The notes beneath the pieces were generated by a model. That model was not told the DNA's origin, did no database searches, and saw only the letters and a list, made by a program, of their open reading frames with translations. This document shows positions 39,601 to 53,692 of a DNA stretch of 64,000 nucleotides, piece after piece (position 1 is the first letter of the stretch; the number at the start of each line of letters is the position of its first letter). Both the position numbers and the translations under genes were made by a program. The stretch is from the human T2T-CHM13v2.0 reference genome, Homo sapiens, in assembly GCF_009914755.1 (NCBI RefSeq), contig NC_060944.1; one strand, 5' to 3'.

Positions 39601-40520
39601 TTTTTTTTTTTTTAAAAAAAAAACACATCTAATGTTTTGCATCTGACAATGACAACCTATGAAGTCTTGGCACATCTGACTCTGTTTTATATATTTGCTC
39701 TCACATATGTTAACTTATTTCCTTGTTTGTGTTAAAATTTTTGACTGTGAGTTGATATTTTTGGAACTTTGAGATGTGGGTTGAAGGTGGATTCCTCCAA
39801 TAAATATTTGTTTTGCTTCCACTGGGTGCCTGGGGGTGCTCGTTTGTTTGTTGTTATGTTCCCCGGGCAGGTGGTGGGGTAGGGAGTATTTATTTCTAAT
39901 TCACCCACATACTGAGAGTATGCCTTTCAGAGGTCTCAGCTTTATGCAGGAAAGGAGGTTGGGTCTTCCATGTGCCTCTCACTGAAGAACATTCTGGGCT
40001 TTGAGTCCTGTACCCTCAGCTGCACCAGAGCATGAAAATAGGAAGGTCATCCTCATCTGGTTTGGCAGATTCCTCAAAGTGAAAGCAATCTCACTTTTCC
40101 AGGGCGCAGCTCTCACTTGGTTTTTGCCTTTGAACTATTTCTTATCTTTTAATCAGAACATACGTAAATTTAAATATAAGTTTAAAAAATGTTTACATTT
40201 TACGCTGCATTTTTAATTGTTTTCAGTATAAGGATAAATTTGGTGGTAATCAGTCAGAGTATTGAGTCCACTGTGCTGTTGGAAATGGAGTTCTTATTTT
40301 TTAACCTTGATAATGATGGTTTTTTCATTAAGAATTTGTAAATTTTGATGTAGTCAAATGGGGCTGTCTTTTCATGACTTTTTGGTATATCTAAGAAATC
40401 TTTCTTTACTCTCAATTTCCTACTTTCAAAAATATGCAGATATGTTATCTTATGTTTTCTTCTTGTATGAATTCATATATATAGAAGGATTTATTTTTAT
40501 TTTTGTTTATAAAGACAACT
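36650..40520 (-). mobile_element. Mosaic of old L1 fragments (L1MC/MD/ME-like), mostly antisense, with a short sense piece near 39060-39235
   Basis: AT-rich with L1M motifs; best preserved at 37730-38995 (ccccaggtaaccgctgat..., ttgccaacacttggtatgg). Confidence 0.75.
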
Positions 40521-40597
40521 ATGGACCACGGGTTAAATATGGTTTTTAACTTATTTTAACCATGAGCAACGCATTATTTATATACATATATATTTGA

Positions 40598-40753
40598 TCG
40601 ACAGGGTCTCACTATGTTGCCCAGGCTGCAGGGCAGTGGCTATTCACAGGTGTGATCATAGCACACCACAGCCTCACACTCCTGGCCTCAGTGGTCTTCC
40701 TGCCTCAGCTTCTGGAGTAGCTGGGAGTACAGGCATGCACCACCATGCCTGGC
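40598..40753 (-). mobile_element. Fossil Alu monomer (FAM-like)
   Basis: Single arm retaining 7SL-like gcagtggctattcacaggtgtgatcatagcac. Confidence 0.85.
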
Positions 40754-40799
40754 TTGGTTTTTATATTTTTAAAAGCTTATCCATATAAAAACAGAAGAA

Positions 40800-40886
40800 G
40801 AATACGTGGCACAGATTGTCTGTGGCATACAAAGTCTAAAATATTTATTAGCTGGACCTTTGCATAAAAATCAAGCAGACCCCTGC
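40800..40886. mobile_element. MER58-like DNA transposon end
   Basis: caaagtctaaaatatttattagctggacctttgcataaaaa...gacccctg. Confidence 0.65.
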
Positions 40887-43238
40887 ATTAATCCACTTTT
40901 GCCCACTTACATGTTAAATTTTAGCTTCCCGTTTATACTTGAAGTTTTTTTCAGGGCCTTTCATTCTGCTTTCATTCATCTCTATGTTTTTTGCCAACTG
41001 CAAATACCACACTGTAATGAAAATGGTTGTTTTCATTAACAAAACTACATGAGTTAAAGAAGAGAGATTAGAAAATGCAGGATCCACTTCCAGAGTGGAA
41101 ATGGAAAAACGCAGAAAATTCATACTCAGAAGCCTAATTGCCCTGACATTAACTAGAGGCATAGAGATCCGGAGCACTCACAAAATACCTCCCTGCCTTG
41201 CCCAAAGCAAGCGCGGGATCATGGAATTAGATTTTATTGATTAATTTATAACTGTGTACTGTGCTGTATGAAGCATGAAACATTCAGAGACTTGTTCCTA
41301 GGAAGCTTCCAACAAATGGAACAATGAATTGTGAAGCCCCAAGTGAATGGAAATGAGCGAGGAGAAGATTGCAGGTTGTATGGGAGAAGGGCACTCTATA
41401 AAACCCTAAAATATACATTAGTCGTTGAAGGGGAGAGTGGAGAAGAAAAAAATCCTGGGCTTTGAGAATGCAATTCTATTAGCAGATAGTGTTTTTCCTT
41501 ATGGAGCGGATGTTTATCTGTCTAAGCCATGTGTCTATTCACTTTAGTCATCACACAATTTACTTATTCAATGAGATAGCACTCTCAGTAATGAGAGCAC
41601 AATCTCTGCAGTGAGGTAAAGACAAAGACCTACAGATGTGGCCCTGAGTCCACGTGGCCTCTGCTGCATGTGACCCCCACCACATGTGGCTGAGACTCTT
41701 TGTCACGTTGGCCACAGCCCCAGAGCTTTGACAGCAGTCCCAGGTCCTGCTTAGCAGGATACAGAGGCTCTGCCATCCACACCTCCACTGCTCTTCTCTT
41801 TGCTTTGTTCTTCTCTGTGGGGTCAAGAGAGGAAAGTGAGGGAAATAGCACGTCAGATCTCATAGTTTCGCCCCAGAAAGGAATGTGTGTGGAGTGGGCT
41901 GTGTACACCTGCAAGAGCCACTCCTTGGGTCTACTGTCCTTCCCTGAGAGAGCCTGACAAAGGTGGCAAGGGGGTGACGAGTGTATCACCCTCACAGCCG
42001 GGTGCGGAGGTGCAGCCTGACGAAAGTGTCCTGGATGGGGCCCCAACAGCACTGGCCACACCTTGAGGGGACTTGCATGGCTGGTGATGGAGATGAGCTT
42101 GCAAAACCTTCCTAAGCCAGGATGCTGCTTCTCCAGGAGGGGCTGCACACAGAACGTTTTGGGAGAACCAGGAGAGAGAGAAACGTACCCTGCCCATGAC
42201 TAAACTAAACAGTCCTTTGAAGACATTGCCAAGGTCCACTTGGGCTGTTCTCGAAGGCAAAAAGTTTGAAATTCCACCTTGATGAAGTGCGAATTCAGAG
42301 GCGGGGCCTTTCCTAGCTCTCTCCTTGTTATTTTGCGTGAGGAGAAAGACCCCCACTTGCTAATTTTCTGAAAGTAAAACCTCCCTGCAGTTCAAACTGT
42401 GCCGTTCTTAACACCTGCAAGTGTGTGGCAGCCACCCACTGACTTGCGCAAAGGTGACCCAGCAGCAGGTGGAAGAAGAATTCTCTCCATGTGCCACCCC
42501 TTCCTTCCTCCCTTTGTCTCTGCACTTTGAAATCTCTCTCCACCCAGGCCCTGCAGGATTTGGTTCAGGGGTTTGTCGCTCCCCACCCTGGCTCAGATAG
42601 CTCTTTCAGGAACCTGTGTTCTTGACAACTGCTTCAAAGAACAAACCAGCCACCACTGCCTCCCCCACCAAACTAACCTCCCCTCCCCCCAGCCGGGGAA
42701 TGACAGCTCCTGCCCCAGACAGGGGAGGCAATCATGCCCAGTTGAGGGGAGCTTCTCCCAAACACAGAGGCCGGAAAAGATGAACAAAATGTCACTTTCT
42801 CATTGTTGCTGCCAGGAAAAACCAGTGCCCAAGAGGATACTGCATTCTGTAGATCTTATTTAAAATTTTGTGAGCGGCCCTGGTGATTAGGGGACTGCGG
42901 CTGGATCTTGGCGGTGGCTCAGATAAATGAGAAAGGAAAATAGCCGGTTCTGAGGAGCACTGTGGAGTAGAAATATTGTAAACTGAGGCTTGTAAAGGGA
43001 AGGGATTACTTGTGGCTTGACCAGGCAGTTAGAAGCAGTGCAAAGATCTTCTAAAAGAGCTTAAGGCATATTGCAGGCCTGGCTCTTCGTCTCATTCTTT
43101 TGCCTATATAATGGGGGTGCTATACTAGGTTGATGGCCTGTTTGTGGTTGCACATTCCTATTAGTAAAATAATTTGTAGCCTGCACCTATTAAATGTGTA
43201 TTTGTTCATTTACAAATTATACATATATTCTGCTCTAT

Positions 43239-43680
43239 GACATGAAACAATAGAAACAAGAAAGGACATGAAACAATAGAAATAAGAAAGACTAGATGAA
43301 AATAAATGTAAATAGAAGCTCTAGTGTTTTTCTTTCTCTACTGTCATCATGCCTTCCCTCTGAGATGTAAATACTTCGTGTTGAAGACAAATAAATCAGA
43401 TGATCTGGTAGGGCTCCTCCAGATGGAAGGTCTATGAAGAATGTTGTCCAATATGGTGGTCACAAATAAGAAAGACTAGATGAAAATAAATATAAATAGA
43501 AGCTCTAGTGTTTTTCTTTCTCTACCCTCATCACATCCCTCTGAGATGTGAATACTTTGTTTTGAAGACAAATACATCTTATTTGAAGAAAATTTATTTG
43601 AAGACAAATAAATCAGATGATCCAGTAGGGCTCCTCCAGATGGAAGGTCTATGAAGAATGCTGTCCAGTACAGTGGTCAC
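43239..43680. repeat. Nested local tandem duplications (26 bp x2; about 184 bp x2)
   Basis: 26-mers at 43239-43264 and 43265-43290; long units at 43280-43463 and 43464-43680. Confidence 0.93.
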
Positions 43681-43856
43681 TAGCCACACGTGGCTATTTA
43701 AATTCATTAAAGTGAAATACAATTTAAGACTCAGTTTCTCAGACACACTAACTACATTTCAAATGCACAATAGCTACATGGGCCTAATGGCTGCTGTATT
43801 TGTCAATGCAGATTACAGAACATTTCCATCATTGAAGAATAAACTGTTGGACAGTC
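43657..43856. mobile_element. MER3/MER33-like DNA transposon
   Basis: Inverted ends gctgtcca...tggacag; cactagccacacgtggctatttaaatt; acatttcaaatgcacaatagctacatg. Confidence 0.8.
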
Positions 43857-44177
43857 TGTGAAGCAAGTAGTCAAGACCACGTAGCTTAAAACCTAATTGC
43901 AGCAACTATCCTTGACTAAGCCCTTGCTATGACTAAGCATCCTGGGAAGCATTTTGTGACCACCTCATTTAGTTCCTACAACAACCTCTGAAGCTAGGCG
44001 CATTATCCTGGGGAGGTGGGGGATGAGGTATGGAGGGATCAGGAGTTGCTCAGAGCTGACCAGCTAGTTAGAGGTTGAGCCCCGTGTTCTCCTGGGCACC
44101 CCACAGTGACTTTCCAGATTTTTCCAGGCATGTGCTCTCCAGGCTGGTTACTGCAAGCATGCTTCTCTCTTCTACAG

Positions 44178-44329
44178 GTACAAAGGGAATTTCTTGCAGA
44201 GCTGTGTTCAGCTGAGAGCCAGTAGACTTCGCACACCAACCTGGGTGCGAAGAAGAAGCCGCCACCCTCCCGCACTTGAGGGACTGAAGCCATGCAGGAC
44301 CCCTGGGCAGACCTCTTCAGAAATAGCAG
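44178..44329 (+). CDS. ZNF831: ZNF831 third coding exon (152 nt, phase 2 to 1); CDS continues beyond the window
   Basis: cttctctcttctacag|GTAC...ATAGCAG|gtaatg; the phase matches the previous exon and it reads (R)YKGNFLQSCVQLRASRLRTPTWVRRRSRHPPALEGLKPCRTPGQTSSEIA. Confidence 0.88.
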
Positions 44330-46873
44330 GTAATGCTCTCTTTGGAGGTGCATCCAGACTGGGCACTCGAAGGCACCCGCCCAAGGCATAGACACTGGGG
44401 ATTTGGGATGGGCAGGAGTCAGCCCCAAGTGCCACAGGGGTCAGGCCCAAAAGGGAGAGTAACAGAGGCATGACGTCTATGAGACAATCAAAGTGACCCT
44501 AAACTAGTGGGGAGGGCATGTGGTAGAAGACGGAGAATTCAATATTGAGAAGTCACCAATATCCTTGAGTACTGGCCACCTGTGCCAAGCTCTGAACCAG
44601 GTGCAGGTTCCCTCCAGGACCCAGGAGAACATGAATCACAGCTCTTGGTGCCTCTAGTTTCACTATTTCTAAAAAGAAAGCTCACTCAGTTCTCTCTGCA
44701 GGGTCATTGTAAAGCTAAAGTGGGTCTGTGGATGGGCTTAAGAGCCCATGTGAAATAGAAAGATGAGTAGTTATGTGAGGCTGCAGGGTACATTGCTTAC
44801 ATGTGAAGTGGTAAGAGGCACACTCTTCACCATGCTTGGAAATAAATAAAAGGCGAACTAAGTGGGGCTGCTTCCTGGAAAAATGGCTATTTTAAGCTGC
44901 AATCACTGGGCAACCGGGGCAAATGGCTCAACTTCTCTGGATCTCAATTTCCTCTTCCTTTCTCCCCTCTCCCCAGCATTAAGGAGCTCAGCCTTAGCCT
45001 TGCTTGATTGTTGATTGGGAAAAATGAATACCCTGTGGGAAATGCTGCAGGGTCCCATCTGGCCAGCAGTGCCTGAATTACCATCCTTCTGTGGTTCATT
45101 GTTGTCTGTTTGGCTCAAGAGCTAACCCTTGGCTCTGTCTCATGCCTGAGGTCTTTGGCCCTGGGGGATCCTTTGCTGGGGCAACTCTGCCTCCACCTTT
45201 GTGTAGCTCCAGTGCCCCCTACAGGCAGATGGCACTTGAGTGCTCTCCCCACACCTCTGCTCCCCAACCCCCAGAGCCTTCCAGGGTAGGCAAGGACATG
45301 GAGTAGTCTTGTTTCCCAGAGAGAATTTAAATCCAGGCAAGAATTCATCTTACAGTTGGGGCCAGTTGTTGAAGAAGAAAGGTTGTTTTTGTTAAGGAAG
45401 GTCAAGGGTCAAGCCCCATGTGGGAGAGGCTGGGATGCAGGGGGTTGGGTAGGTGGAAATTCCATCAAGAAGCTGGCTCTGAGCTCTCTTCCTCATCTGT
45501 GGCTCTCAACCTCACCTCCATCTCCCTCCTCTGTATCCAGCGAAATTGCCCATTGGGCTGTGCTTGATACTGCCACGCCCCATGGAGGGCATCTCAGGGC
45601 TAAATGCTGGTCTGTACCACCAGGACAAGAGGATGTCTCCCCCATGCAAAGGCCAGGGGACCATGCAACTCTCTGCTTTCTCGTTGGGCCGTCCTGTGAC
45701 AGGCACAGGTGCCATCGATATCACCTCTGTGCTCTCCAGGTGCCCTGTGGATGCCCCTCGTCTCTCCTTAAGAGTTTTCCAATGTATAACCCACAGCTGG
45801 GAATCCAGGTCCAGCCCAGCACCCTCTGAAGTGCCAACTCAGGGTACCTGGGAATTGTGCACAGAATTGTGTGTGTGTGGGTGACTTCCAGAGGCATGGG
45901 AACTCCAAGTACGAAGTGAGCCTCGGGGGTCATGGTACTTGCTGGCTGACTCCTCGTTCCCTGTTCCCATGGACTCTTCCCTCACTTTTGCCCCCATCAG
46001 CTCCAGTTCTTGAATTTTCCTTTATGGGGTAGAGCTTGGATGGAACCCCTGCTGAGACGCTGGCAGAGAGCTGGTAGCCCCCGCTACCTGGGAGGTTCTG
46101 ATGGTCACTGGTGGAATCCAACAGAATCAGCCAGAGCTCTGCCAGTTGCCCCCATGGAGGAGCTTACCACCAGCTCTCTTCCCAGCACCTTAAGGACAGC
46201 CAAATGGAGCTGCTCCTGGAACTCCCCGTCAGCCTCCCTGCTTAGCTCCCCAGGCACTGGACTCGGCACTGTGACAGGGAGGGGAACTAAGGTGACCCCT
46301 GGTCTCGATAAATGTGGTACAGGACAAAGACAGACAGACTGACCCACTGTCCACCCCTTAGCTCAGATGCCACCGGGAACGACATTGGCAGATCTGTTTG
46401 CTTCCCCGGGACATCTCGTGTCTGTCTGTCTAGGATGTCGACGGTCTGTCAGTGTGAGATTCAAGGTGCAGCAATGCCTTGCAGACTCCAGCACGGATGA
46501 CCAAGTATCATCATATGCTCAGCATTATAAACACATGTGCATGACAGTTAGCACATACTGAGTGCCCATGAGTGTGCATGTGGGTAATGAGTGTTTTCTT
46601 GTTGTTCAGCAGAGGACGAGGTCATCTCATTAGTGTTGGGGGAGGAAGACAAAAAGGAGGCTCTTTCTGGAAAGATGGGGGTTCTTTTGGAAATCTGGAT
46701 GTAGGGAGAACAGACAGAGACTTTCTGGACTGGGGATTGAGTGGATAAAGTCTCAGGGTCAAGAAGAGGGAACATGGGGAGTTCAGATAGAGTGTAGGTG
46801 GGCTGGGCACATGCTGGGCCCCCAGAAGATGTGGGACAGCCATTGATGACAGTGTCTCCACTTGGGTGTCACC

Positions 46874-47327
46874 TGTATCAGTTTCCTAGGGTTGTTGTAA
46901 GAAATTGCCACAAAGGTGGTGGCTTTGAACAGTAAAACTGGATTCTCTCCCAGTTTTGGAGGCCGAGAGAGGCTGATGCTCCCTCTGGACTTTCTAGGGG
47001 TGATCCTTCCTGGCCTCTTTTGGCTTCTGGGGCCTCCAGCTATTTCCTGCTATTTCCTTGGTTTGTTGCCTCATCTACGTCTTGTGGCCTCTGCCTACAT
47101 CTTCATGTGGACTTCTCCCTGTGTCACTGTGGGTCATATCTTCTTCTGTCTTTCTCTTATAAAGACACTTGTCTTTGGATTTAGGAGCCTCACTAAACGT
47201 GGGCTTATCTCATTTCAAGATCCTTAATTTGATTACTGCTTCTGAGACCCTTTTTCTAACTCAGGTCATACCCATCCACAGGTTCCATGGACTAGGACCT
47301 CAGGGCCACTATTCAACCATCCTTACA
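46874..47327 (-). mobile_element. MaLR solo LTR (MLT1B/C-like)
   Basis: tgtatcagtttcctagggttgttgtaagaaattgccacaaa...tcttataaagacacttgtc...actattcaacc. Confidence 0.85.
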
Positions 47328-47884
47328 GGTTTTATCCTATCTGTGAACCAACAGAAGTGGCCTTAAAATGTGTTTGTAAACAAAAAAGGCAGGGACACAC
47401 ACGGACACTCAGTGCACAATAATGCACATCATCTGGGCTCTCATTGTTTGTAAATCATTTTTGCAGGAAAGTTCTATTATAAACCTAATACAATTAAAAC
47501 AGAATTGCCCCGGCCACTGCCAGCAGGACATGCTCCACACTTGGGGGAACAGTTGTCCAAGTGACCACGGGTAGCCTCGATGCTGATAGCTATGGGGCCC
47601 ACTGGCTTCCCTTCAGGAAGAAAGCCCAGTGGCCGGCGGGATGGGGCTCCGCGGAGCCGCCATATGTGAGGATTGTGTTTGTTGGAGCTGAAATCCGTCT
47701 GTGGCCTGACTTGTCTGGCTCACACGCTGGCCCTGAGCATGAGGCTGTGTCAGCTGCAGCAGGGACACCTGCTCCTCTCTCCCCCTCCACAGGGGACACA
47801 GTTCCCAACGTGTTCCATGGAAGTTGGCACCCCTGCCTCATCTGCAGCTTATCCTGCATGCTCATGGTGACCCTGGGGGCCTCA

Positions 47885-48338
<454 letters not shown>

Positions 48339-49051
48339 CAAATCCAAGGAGAAAAAAAAATTCAGAAACAAAACCTGAATATAGATCTAAGAAACAAGTG
48401 GCTTTCCATAGCTCAGATTCCTGCTGGGAACACAGCTCCACCACCCCATCCCCTTACATAGGTAATAAGGCCCCAGCAACAGCCTGGAATGGTGACAAAT
48501 ATCTATGCTTTCATGTTTGTTATTTGAGCATCCAGTTGAACCAGGGGCCTAGGTCCCTGGCTCCCATTTTCAAAGGCCCTCCTCTCCAGCAATTAGGAAG
48601 GACATGGAGAATGTCCACTGCAGGGCAGCTGTGAGCTGCAGGATGTGGTAGAAGCCCTAGCCCAGAGAATATCAATCACTGCCTGCTCCTTATTGAAGTG
48701 TCAGAGAGGGAACCGGGAAGGCTAGTAGGGCAAACCAGCAAGCTGGGGTTGACAGATCATGATGGACACCATGGAGTTGGAGGGTGGAAGAATGCTTTAA
48801 AATAAATACCACTGGAAATCAAAGGGGCACAGGGGTTTTATTACCAGCACTTGCCAATACCAATATTTCACAGTAGAGTGACAGGCACTCTGAGGGCACT
48901 GGGTGTTTGAAGACAAAGCACTGTCACTTCAAAGGAACCCAGAGTTGAGCCTGGCGGTCCACCACTTATAAACAACTTTCTCGGGTCTCCTTTGACCTGG
49001 CGCGTCCTGGATGGAGAGATCAGAGCTGCGTCCTCGGTGAGGGAGCTGACC

Positions 49052-49052
<1 letters not shown>

Positions 49053-49080
<28 letters not shown>
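49053..49080. repeat. (TG)14 microsatellite
   Basis: Read directly. Confidence 0.97.
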
Positions 49081-49086
<6 letters not shown>

Positions 49087-52000
49087 CGTGAGTGTGCCTG
49101 TGTTTTTTTCTTTCTGAGGAGAGATGACCTGTTTTCCATGGCAGGACAATGATGGGGTAATCTGTTTTGGGTGACCCAAAGGGCTGTAACTTGGGGAAAC
49201 TTGGTAGAATCCAACAAAGAAATTGAGAATGACCTTTGTGTAGGTGGAGGTGGGTGGGATTTCTCAATTTAAAGGCAGAGAAAAACTTTAGATACTAATC
49301 CTTTTAGGCCAGCTAGAATCAGCAAAACATTCAGAAATAAGAAGTCATGAATACTTGTGTCCAGGGACTGAAATAAGATGTGATAACTGATAATTTTGTC
49401 TTCTTTATTTTTTGGAGACACTTCCTGTCAATAACTTGGGAGGATGATGGAGAGAGAGTTTTTTAAAAAAATATTTTTAAAAAAGATGTTTAATTTCCCT
49501 CTCTCCTAAACTATTCCAAAAGCATGGTTCTAATCATTTGAATTAACAGATGGCTTGGCAGTGAAGTCATCTGTAAGCAGAAGGCCAGAGGAGTTATGAA
49601 GGATAAAGACCTACCGTGTAAGATTGTACATCGATTGGAGTCTGTGAGACTGCCCGGACAACTGAGTCTTTTTTCCCTAATCCTAAATCCGGTAGTCCAT
49701 TCCATCCAAGTTTCCAGCTAGTGGGTGCAGGAAACTTGAAATTTCTTTTTAAATATCAACTAAGGTGTATTTCCCAGGCACCCCAGGCTGAGTGTGACTA
49801 AGAATGGACAGAAGTTTTGCCGTTTTAAAGAACATCCTTCCTCATTGCATTTGCTTTAGGATCAGGGCTGAGGGGTGCACTTAATCTCATAGACTGGGGC
49901 TGTCTCATTGAAGGGATTGGTAAGAAAGTTCTTAGATATCAAGTCATTGATGTACCAGGGAAAACAGGCATCTACCTTATAATCCAGATGTTCTTTATGG
50001 AGCACTCCAGTCATAAGGTTGGCTGGTTAGGTGGGAACATGAGAACTTTCCCTAATAGACTGACTGCTGGTAAATTTAGACCCCATTCAATTCTCTCTCT
50101 CCTTGCCTACCATCACATCCATCCATGCCCTTCAGATTAATTTTCGCAATATCATGGAAATTGATTGCTAAGTGAAATTGCAAATTGTGCTCAAGATGTT
50201 GCATTTTGTGAAACTGATAGAAAAGACCATTGGCAGCCTGCTGATTCACACCCATTGGCAGAATCAGACTAGGTGACAAATGAACAAGAGAAAAGTGACA
50301 AAGATGATAACTCTAGGAGAGTGACTTGAATATCAGAGGCTTAAGAGAAGTCTTTGGAAAGATTGATAAAGCTCTATAATATTTTTTTGGGGGTGGGAGT
50401 CCTTCTTGATGACCTAGCAATTAAAGTAAATGCGAGGTAAATAGTCCATTGGTCTACCCTACAATTTTATGTAAAAATGTATGTCCTCATCAATACTTGA
50501 CTACGTTTTGTTGATTTTTAACAATTAGCTCATAGTTTGCCATTATAACCTCCAAAATGGAGGTTTATTTTTATTTTATCGTTGTGGGCATATTAGCTTA
50601 TTTTCACAACTTTTGGTTTTGTCGTTTTTCCAGATAAATTCTCAAAGTCCTTAATACTATTCACTGTGAAATTGTGGTATTGCGAATTAATTGTGAATGA
50701 ATTCATTTTAGGTGGCCTTTCCCCTGTAGCAATGATCTCAACTAAAGAAGACCTTGTTTACCAAGCTGCTAGGTCATCTCCTCCATGTTTGCATCCAGGG
50801 GCCTAGCAATGTAGCCGGTCCTCAATAAAGTTTGTTGAATGAACAATTTAACAAACATAAGTTTCTTTACCTTGAGGTTCCTGAAGCTTAGTTTCAGGTG
50901 AAAGCACCAGCAAAGACCAGCCCCCAAATCTTTGAGCATGAACAAGAGCGAGCATGCCACTTGGAGTCTTGGTTTCTGATTGTGCGTTGTGTCAAAAATG
51001 GAAAAATCCAGTGGGTTACCAGTGGGATGGCAGTGGAGTAACCGCAAAATTCAACTCTATGGAATCACCATTTTCAACCTTAGGGGTCATCTTATGTCAC
51101 CTCCGTTTTATGGATGGAAGCTCTGGGGAGGTAAAAGTAGTAACCGAACTGCGAATGTCCTTTCCATGCCTTTTAACCTGACGTCCTCTCTCTCCCACAC
51201 TACAGTGGGGCCATGTTGTAAAGGCTGGTGAGGTTTGTTTCCAAAGCTGGCCCCCAAGGCACAATCCCTATTGTCAAAATTATCTTTGAGAATCCTGCAA
51301 ATCTATCATAAGGGTACGATTTGTTTATACAACTCTGAACAGAAATTCTCGTGCACAATATGCGTGAGGACTGCTGAGATGAAAGAAGGAAAGAAAAAAG
51401 GCCATCCATCCATGCAGGCAGCTTTGAAGATAAACAGCAAATCCTCCCACTGAAGAGAGGTTAGAAAAATTCCCACGTGTCCCTGCTTCACTGCATGGTG
51501 TGTGCCATTTGGTTTTAGCATTAAGCCTCTAAAACTGCTGTGACATCTTAATGGATTGAGTTGTTATGGTGAGGATTAAGCAAGATAGTGGAGTTGTGTC
51601 TTCTTGGGTCAGGGAAGGGTGAGCTTCAACAGTCAGGGTGTAGGTTAAATGCATGTGTGATGGGACTGTGCTGCCGTTTCATTTCTCACTTGGAATGCCT
51701 TTCTTACTCTAGCATAGGAACTGGGGGGCAGTTTTCCACTGGACAGCTACTCCATGTCATCTTGAGTCAGCTGGTGCCACTCAGTCAAAGACCGTCCCTT
51801 CTAGCCCAAGGAGAAATTCACAGCAAATCATGTCTTGAAAATGCTCTTCCCACTATTTTCCCAGTTAGAGTCTCACTTAGGAAGACAAGCTTCGCATGTA
51901 TGTGTGTGTGTCTGCACATGTGCTCACATGCTCTTGTGTCAGTTTTCCATTAGAAAAAGCAATTGAAAATTACACATCCATATGAAGGGTGATGCCACCT

Positions 52001-52819
52001 AAGCAAAAGCTGCCGAAGGTTCTCTGTTGTGGTTACACAATTTCTGATGAGGTCACTGATCTGAAATGATTATTATTCAGAATGTAGGGAGGTAGGGGGA
52101 TGAAGGCAACGTCATTGATTTTGTTTGTATTTCAACTGGGACATCCTGTTCTCTGTGATCCTAATGCCCATCAACATACAGCCTTATTATCATTCTCCTA
52201 ATATGACAGTTATTGACCCTTGGGCTGCAAAAAATAATCTCATAAATAGATTTTCCCTGTTTTTATATTTATCTGCACATCTCTTTCTAGCCGATGACAT
52301 ATCAGCTTTGTAAAAAATTATTATTATTGAAAACCTCTGTGCTAAAAGTTCCATTAACTGAGACCTGTTCTATTTACTCGAATGCTTGGGTACATTAAAA
52401 CATTCCGTGGTATAAAGAGTGCTCTTATATATTTCCTTAGAAACACATTTTGCGGAACTGAATGGAGAACATTGATGTGGTTGAGGTTAATTATTTGGGC
52501 TTTTGCTGGGCACATTGGAAGTCGTGCCGCTTCTCCTGGTACACAGACTAAAATTGGAACAGTGAAGAGGAGCTGAGCATGGCCCTGTGCCCAGATGACA
52601 CATCTGAAGTCTTATTGATTGAGGGAGATGTTTTATTGAACGATAAGAACTACATTGAGTTTATGGTTTTGCAATTTCCTGCAGCTGGCATGGTTTATAA
52701 CAGTAAACACAGCAAGGTTCAGGGCTATATTTCCAATGGAGATTTTAGAAAACTCTCTCAATAACTAAACTCAGGAGGCACTTTCGATTTAGGAAGCTCA
52801 TATGCATTTATTCCCTTGG

Positions 52820-52915
52820 ACACACTTGTGATGAGTGACTTTTATCCTCTTTTGGCAGATGGAGAAACTGAGGCTTAGAGAGTTGTCCAGTGACTTGCCC
52901 AGAGGCACCCAGATG
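52820..52915. mobile_element. MIR fragment
   Basis: cagatggagaaactgaggcttagagagttgtccagtgacttgcccagagg. Confidence 0.75.
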
Positions 52916-53692
52916 ATTGATCTGGGGATCAGCACTGAGGCCTAAATTGAAATCATCTAGGTGCCACCTTCAGAACTTTTGTTGCATCTACATGTCACCT
53001 ATGTGATTCTTTACTTATTTTTTCTCCTAGGTGCACTTACAAAAAAACTTAAGTCCAATTATTTCAAGAGAAGCTGTTTATCGATACTGAAAATGAAAAG
53101 TTAATATTATGTGCCATTAAGGGAACATGGCAAAAATATAAACCCTACAATGTTTTTGGTAAATAAGTTCTAGCCAGAATCTGTTGTGAGCTGAAGTCCA
53201 TGAGCCCTAGGAATACCCCTTCTGCTAAAAAGAGATTTGGAAGTGTTAGGGAAGCATTCAAGATGCATTAGCACCTAGTCGAGACTTTCTTCTCTCCTTA
53301 ATCAGAAGATTAAAAGAGAATAGAAGAGAGAACAGCTTCATCATTGTGCAATTCAGTTTTATTTAACTTTTTGCTTATCAATCACCTAAAATAACCACCA
53401 ACCCCCACACCCTTCCCTGGGCCCCTCTCTTGGAGAGCCATACCCCCTTTTTTTCTGTCAGTAGGATCCTCATTGGCTTGCATTGTCTCATCTAGAATTT
53501 TCTCAATTTTTGTAAGGCTTTGACCTGTATGGATTTAAACCACTGAACCAATTCAGCAGAATTGACTGCAGAGGCCATGGGCAACATTCTGCAAAGACCC
53601 TCCTGGAAGAGCCTTCCCTTCTCTGCTTCACTGGGCTAGGGTGAGAGGCACTTGCCAAGAGTTTCGGAGGCAGCCTGAATCCCTGCATTTCT

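Noticed and set aside
43239-43680. CRISPR-like array
   Set aside because: Only two adjacent copies without unique spacers, in mammalian intronic DNA.
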